A DNA stretch of 64,000 bases from Candidatus Falkowbacteria bacterium (GTDB lineage: Bacteria; Patescibacteriota; Patescibacteriia; JAACEG01), in NCBI GenBank assembly GCA_018651725.1, contig JABIDK010000019.1:3894-67893 (forward strand), read 5' to 3'. Made by a program: the position numbers and the translations under genes. The notes beneath the pieces were generated by a model that was not told the origin of the DNA, made no database searches, and saw nothing but the letters and a program-made list of their open reading frames with translations. This document shows, one piece after another, positions 59,944 to 64,000 of this stretch; position 1 is the first letter of the stretch, and each line of letters begins with the position of its first letter.

Positions 59944-62900
59944 CTATTGTCTAAAATTAGTTTGTCCTTCGTTGGAATCTGTTGGTTTTTCGTTCTTTCC
60001 TCTTAAGCGATAATTTTCATAGGCGAAGTAACCTGTTACTAAAAGAAGTAAAACTATTAACCACCACCAATTTTGCCAACAACCGCAGGTGCTACAGGTG
60101 CTTGAAGCATTACATTCATCCGTATAACAAACTTTATCGTTTTTTGTTTCTTTATCCCCTTGATCTTCTTCGCCAGCTTTCACCTGTTCTCCTAACACTT
60201 CTCCATCGACTGCTTGGACACCTGAACCAATAGCCCCTTCTTCTTGAGCTACTGCTTGCAGATCACCTTCCTGTTGCTCTTCACCATTTGAATTTGTAGA
60301 CCCTTCGATCTCTTGAGAAGAAGTTGATTGCCCTTCTTGTTCTTCTACTTCTTCTATTGCACAAGTAGAGCTACAGCCATCTCCGCTTAATATGTTTTGA
60401 TCGTCACACTCTTCAGCACCCTCTAAAACACCGTCTCCGCATAGAGTTTCAGTTTCTATTTTATAAAGACATACTTTTTGAATATCAACACTATTTGGTA
60501 GTGTTTCCGGTGGACATTGAGTAGCAGTATCCATTATAATCGTATTTTCACCTTTGTAGAAAATAAAGTCTCCGGTAAGTTGAGTTCGCATTTCTTCGTC
60601 ACCAGGTCTGTCAAAGATAATGTCGCTTTGTTTTCCGTTTATACTAAAGGTAAAATTTTCAGCTGGTTGAGTTTCTTCCAGACCGCTTCTGTGAACTTCA
60701 GCGTAAACATTGTATAAACCGGTTTCAAGAATAGAAACGATTTCTGTGTCTTGATTTTGGTAAACTGTCCAACCTGATAATTGGCAGTTTTCACCGATAA
60801 CCTTTAAAGTTGTGTCAAAGATATAATCTGCTCCAGCACAACCTTCAGTTTTACATTCACTATCGCATCCGTCACCAGAGATATTATTACCATCGTCACA
60901 GTCTTCTTCCGCGTCTACTGTTCCGTCTCCGCAAACAGGTGTACAAGAGTTGGTAGTGAAAAACACTTCATCACTAAATACCTCGCTGCTATAAGTGGAA
61001 ATCGCTCGACAGTAGTATCCTGTGGATTGGTTTAATCCGGTTACATTTACGCTATGAAAAGTTACTTGACTCAAATCTTTTTCCGTTGAAAAATCATAAC
61101 CAAGATCCGGCCAAGCACCAAGTGGGTCTGACGGACTTAGTCCGCAAACAACTCGACTGGTAGCGTTTCTATTTGTGTGCCAAGTAATAGTGGCGTTATC
61201 ACATCCCGGAGCAGCTGCTTCAGAATGAATATAAAGAGATACAGGGCCTCCGCCGCCTCCGCCACCTCCGCCGCCGCCACCACAATCGGTGGTTTTATTG
61301 GCGTCGTTATCATCACAGTCAACTGGTCCACAGTCACCACCCTCTTGGGCGTAACCATCACCATCGTTATCGGTACAAGTTGGACCGGGGCAAGAATCAT
61401 CGTAACCATCACAATCCTCATCTATTTCATTGCCACAAATTTCTTCTTGAGGTTCGATTGCACCTTCACACTCTCCCCATGCTCCAAGTGAACAAATTTG
61501 AGTTCCAAACTCACAAGCGCCAACATCGGTTGAACCGCATTGTCTGGTCTCTCCTTCCTCACACTCTTCAATCTCTGTAAAATAATTTCCAAAGTTAACT
61601 ATTTTATTATCTCCATTAACACTAACTTGAATAGGATTCCCGGTTGTGTTGGTCCAATTTTCCTTTAGAATCTCCGCAACCGTGTAATCTCCAGTTGATA
61701 GTCCGTAAAAACAATATCCGTTTTCTCCGGTTATCTCTGAAGTGTCTTCTTCACCTGGGTTTAAATGAATTGTCCAGTCTGTTAAGTTATCTTCTCCGTC
61801 ATCCCAAATACCATCTTGGTCCAAATCTTCAAACTTATTACCACAGATACTTCCTAAGCACTCTTCCAATAAAGCAGAAGAATAATCTGTATAATATCCA
61901 TCGTCAGCCACATTAACGGTTAACCAAAAATGAGAGTAGTTATCTGCACCATCAAGCCAAACTTCATCGTCTCCGGCACTATTCTTTGTGCCATCGTTAT
62001 CATTATAACCTCCAACCTCTGAGTCTTGCTCTAAAGTATTGTTTCCTGAATTATCGTTTCGCAAGTGAGTAGGGGAAGCGTTATAAAATTCAATATAACC
62101 GTCTAAATGTTCAAGATCTGCTCCGGTTGGATTGGTGCCGTGTAAAACAACACGAACACTACCGTTTAACCTTTGAACAGCCAAACCAGGGACATTTTCA
62201 TATCCTAAAATATCGGTATCTTCAATATAAATACCGTTCTCAACAAGAGGAAACCATTCACCAGACTCATAGATATTATCCGGAGAACCAACATAAATTT
62301 GATTTGTAGAGGTAGCATTTCCTTCGCTTGAATAGTTATCCACAACTACTCTAGCCATTATTAAATCACAATTTTCTTGTTCACAAGTCGCATTACAACC
62401 ATCACCGTTTTCTGTATTTCCGTCATCACACTCTTCGTTGTCGTCAACTACTTCATCTCCACAATAAGATGAAACTTGCTCGAAAAAAGCACATATCGGC
62501 TCTAAACTATTAGGATTAGTATAGTCAGGATAAAACGCATGGTTAGCAATCACTTCATTAACATCACCACTAACAACCAATAAATTATTAACAACATTAA
62601 TCTCTGAAGCATAAATAACATTATCTTCTAAATCATCTGTTATTCCTGACTTTGCTACAAACTGACTATTATTTTGCAATATAACTTCATATTGTTCATT
62701 TGGCTGAAAACTAGTTACCCTTGTTGGTTTACCATCAAAAGCAGCTAATGTAACTTTATAGTTACCTGCTGGGATAAAAGAATTTACTAACTCTTGATAT
62801 TCATCATCTCTACTTGAAAATATTTTTTCAGTAAAATCAACAACATATGATTCTCCTTCAACTGCAATAAATGGACAATCTATTCTGGTAATTTCACACT

Positions 62901-63996
62901 CACTACTACACCCATCACCATCTTCTGTATTACCGTCGTCACATTCCTCATCTCCCTCTAAAATTCCGTTTCCGCACCCCGGAAGTTCAATGACACAGTT
63001 AGCACTACATCCGTCGCCATCTGTTTGATTACCGTCGTCACACTCTTCGGGCCCGTTAGTAATATAGTCACCGCAATATTCTTCAGGGATACATTCTCCC
63101 CAAGCACAATCAGTACAAACTTTATGACCATTGTATCCGGTATATCCGTCACCGGTTACACACGATTCCGCGCAAGAACAATCACATTCTTCGCCATCTT
63201 CTACAATGTAGTTACCGCAAATAGGTTCTTCGATAGTACAGTTAGCGCTACAACCATCACCGTCTATTTGATTACCATCATCACACTCTTCATCTCCTTC
63301 AACAGCTCCATCACCGCAAACCGGGCCGCAATCACCGCAAGTGCACTGATTTTCAGCTCCCGGAGTACCAAATTCCACTGCTCCAGAATCCCAATTTACT
63401 TGAGCCGAAGCTGTACACCAATTATCTGCTAAAGCACCGTTACCTGGATCTTGAAGTCTGGACATTGCTTTTTTCGGACTAACGTTATCGCCTTCAAAAG
63501 GAACACCGCCATCACCGGCTGTATCGATTAAAATACCGCTGTCGTCCCAATCTCCATTACAATATAATTTTACCTGAAGTTGAGTATTTAATAAATTAAC
63601 TGCTGTATTAACTAAATCAGGAGTGATTCCAATTTTTGAACTAGCTTCATCGTAATTCGCAATTAAAAAGAAATCATTTGCTCCTATTATTTTAGAAGCG
63701 GGAATTTCAAGCATCAAAACTTCACTACCCGACATTCTTGTTAATTGACAACCATCCAAATTAAGTGCTTCTCCGGTTGTGTTTCTAAGTTCAATCCACT
63801 CATCAGCCATAGAAGATGAGCTCCCCGACCACATTAACTCATTTATTACAACCTCGCCAACAGTAGGTGTTGCTATTTCGCTGGCACTGGCTGAACTGGC
63901 GATTATTAAATTAAATGGAAAAGCTATGAGTATCATTAGAAAATAATACAAGGCTTTTTTTGTTGTCCCTCCATTTTTTAGTGTTGTGTGTTTCAT
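59944..63996 (-). CDS. Giant (1350 aa) secreted protein with an N-terminal lamin-tail domain (LTD), at least 5 Myxococcus-type cysteine-rich repeats, a Gly12 linker and a C-terminal Cys/Trp motif plus TM plus basic tail
   Basis: Signal peptide. LTD (VVINELMWSGSSSSMADEWIELRN). Repeats of form CGDGxVEGDEECDDGNxxDGDGCSxxC. GGGGGGGGGGGG run. C-terminus ...CSTCGCWQNWWWLIVLLLLVTGYFAYENYRLRGK. GC is ~42%. Confidence 0.6.
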   Translation of the reverse strand: MKHTTLKNGGTTKKALYYFLMILIAFPFNLIIASSASASEIATPTVGEVVINELMWSGSSSSMADEWIELRNTTGEALNLDGCQLTRMSGSEVLMLEIPASKIIGANDFFLIANYDEASSKIGITPDLVNTAVNLLNTQLQVKLYCNGDWDDSGILIDTAGDGGVPFEGDNVSPKKAMSRLQDPGNGALADNWCTASAQVNWDSGAVEFGTPGAENQCTCGDCGPVCGDGAVEGDEECDDGNQIDGDGCSANCTIEEPICGNYIVEDGEECDCSCAESCVTGDGYTGYNGHKVCTDCAWGECIPEEYCGDYITNGPEECDDGNQTDGDGCSANCVIELPGCGNGILEGDEECDDGNTEDGDGCSSECEITRIDCPFIAVEGESYVVDFTEKIFSSRDDEYQELVNSFIPAGNYKVTLAAFDGKPTRVTSFQPNEQYEVILQNNSQFVAKSGITDDLEDNVIYASEINVVNNLLVVSGDVNEVIANHAFYPDYTNPNSLEPICAFFEQVSSYCGDEVVDDNEECDDGNTENGDGCNATCEQENCDLIMARVVVDNYSSEGNATSTNQIYVGSPDNIYESGEWFPLVENGIYIEDTDILGYENVPGLAVQRLNGSVRVVLHGTNPTGADLEHLDGYIEFYNASPTHLRNDNSGNNTLEQDSEVGGYNDNDGTKNSAGDDEVWLDGADNYSHFWLTVNVADDGYYTDYSSALLEECLGSICGNKFEDLDQDGIWDDGEDNLTDWTIHLNPGEEDTSEITGENGYCFYGLSTGDYTVAEILKENWTNTTGNPIQVSVNGDNKIVNFGNYFTEIEECEEGETRQCGSTDVGACEFGTQICSLGAWGECEGAIEPQEEICGNEIDEDCDGYDDSCPGPTCTDNDGDGYAQEGGDCGPVDCDDNDANKTTDCGGGGGGGGGGGGPVSLYIHSEAAAPGCDNATITWHTNRNATSRVVCGLSPSDPLGAWPDLGYDFSTEKDLSQVTFHSVNVTGLNQSTGYYCRAISTYSSEVFSDEVFFTTNSCTPVCGDGTVDAEEDCDDGNNISGDGCDSECKTEGCAGADYIFDTTLKVIGENCQLSGWTVYQNQDTEIVSILETGLYNVYAEVHRSGLEETQPAENFTFSINGKQSDIIFDRPGDEEMRTQLTGDFIFYKGENTIIMDTATQCPPETLPNSVDIQKVCLYKIETETLCGDGVLEGAEECDDQNILSGDGCSSTCAIEEVEEQEGQSTSSQEIEGSTNSNGEEQQEGDLQAVAQEEGAIGSGVQAVDGEVLGEQVKAGEEDQGDKETKNDKVCYTDECNASSTCSTCGCWQNWWWLIVLLLLVTGYFAYENYRLRGKNEKPTDSNEGQTNFRQ
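61246..61283. repeat. Imperfect (GGN)12 trinucleotide repeat encoding a Gly12 run within the giant surface-protein gene
   Basis: The plus strand is cctccgccgcctccgccacctccgccgccgccaccaca. Confidence 0.8.
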
Positions 63997-64000
63997 ATGT

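Noticed and set aside
1-64000. Alternative genetic code (UGA recoding, code 25 or 4) sometimes seen in CPR lineages
   Set aside because: All conserved genes (rpoD, dnaG, dnaB, recQ, prfA and others) are full-length with TGA acting as a stop. RF1 is present and nothing requires recoding.

Overview
This is a low-GC (~30%), gene-dense chromosomal window, ~90% coding and mostly on the minus strand, read with the standard genetic code (no in-frame TGA is needed). The gene content suggests a small-genome Patescibacteria/CPR-like bacterium: lysine-rich tails on several proteins and many large secreted or anchored proteins. Most genes are housekeeping.

Gene content:
- Informational genes: dnaG-rpoD macromolecular-synthesis operon, dnaB-ybaB-recR, mutM, recQ, recJ, rnhA, prfA, rplU, rpmE, hpf, tgt, trmH-like and one tRNA-Gln(UUG).
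- Metabolic genes: nifS-nifU, gap, ppaC, ggt, an M18 aminopeptidase and a Ham1 ITPase.
- Cell-envelope genes: mreB, a processive GT2 (QxxRW), a WecA/TagO-like GT4, TagA (GT26), an O-antigen-ligase-like protein and a GT28/MGDG-synthase-like protein.
- Large exported proteins: an LCAT-like lipase, a beta-propeller protein, an M23 peptidase, an HtrA-like protease, a DUF4012-like protein, a thrombospondin-type-3 (TSP3) repeat protein, and a 1350-aa lamin-tail-domain (LTD) protein with Myxococcus cysteine-rich repeats.

No CRISPR array, IS transposase, integrase or prophage genes were seen.

Most unusual observations:
1. A ~162-bp nested-palindromic repeat element occurs twice. One copy is in-frame inside a membrane-protein CDS (Rickettsia RPE-like). 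The other sits in the rplU leader, flanked by a 22-bp dyad motif that recurs upstream of the htrA-like gene.
2. A 28-bp duplication of the tRNA-Gln 3' end looks like an att-like scar.
3. Two neighbouring surface proteins end in a transmembrane helix plus a basic tail, one preceded by a CxxCGC-Trp motif reminiscent of MYXO-CTERM-type sorting signals. They sit next to a 14-TM membrane protein. This may be an undescribed surface-protein sorting module.
4. Tandem 8-mer GTTTARAT arrays lie upstream of rpoD and ybaB.
5. rpoD and the DUF4012-like membrane protein share a lysine-rich N-terminal module that is similar at the nucleotide level.
6. The GC content of several exported-protein genes is elevated.

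All coordinates, motif spacings and GC figures were read by eye from the sequence, not computed.
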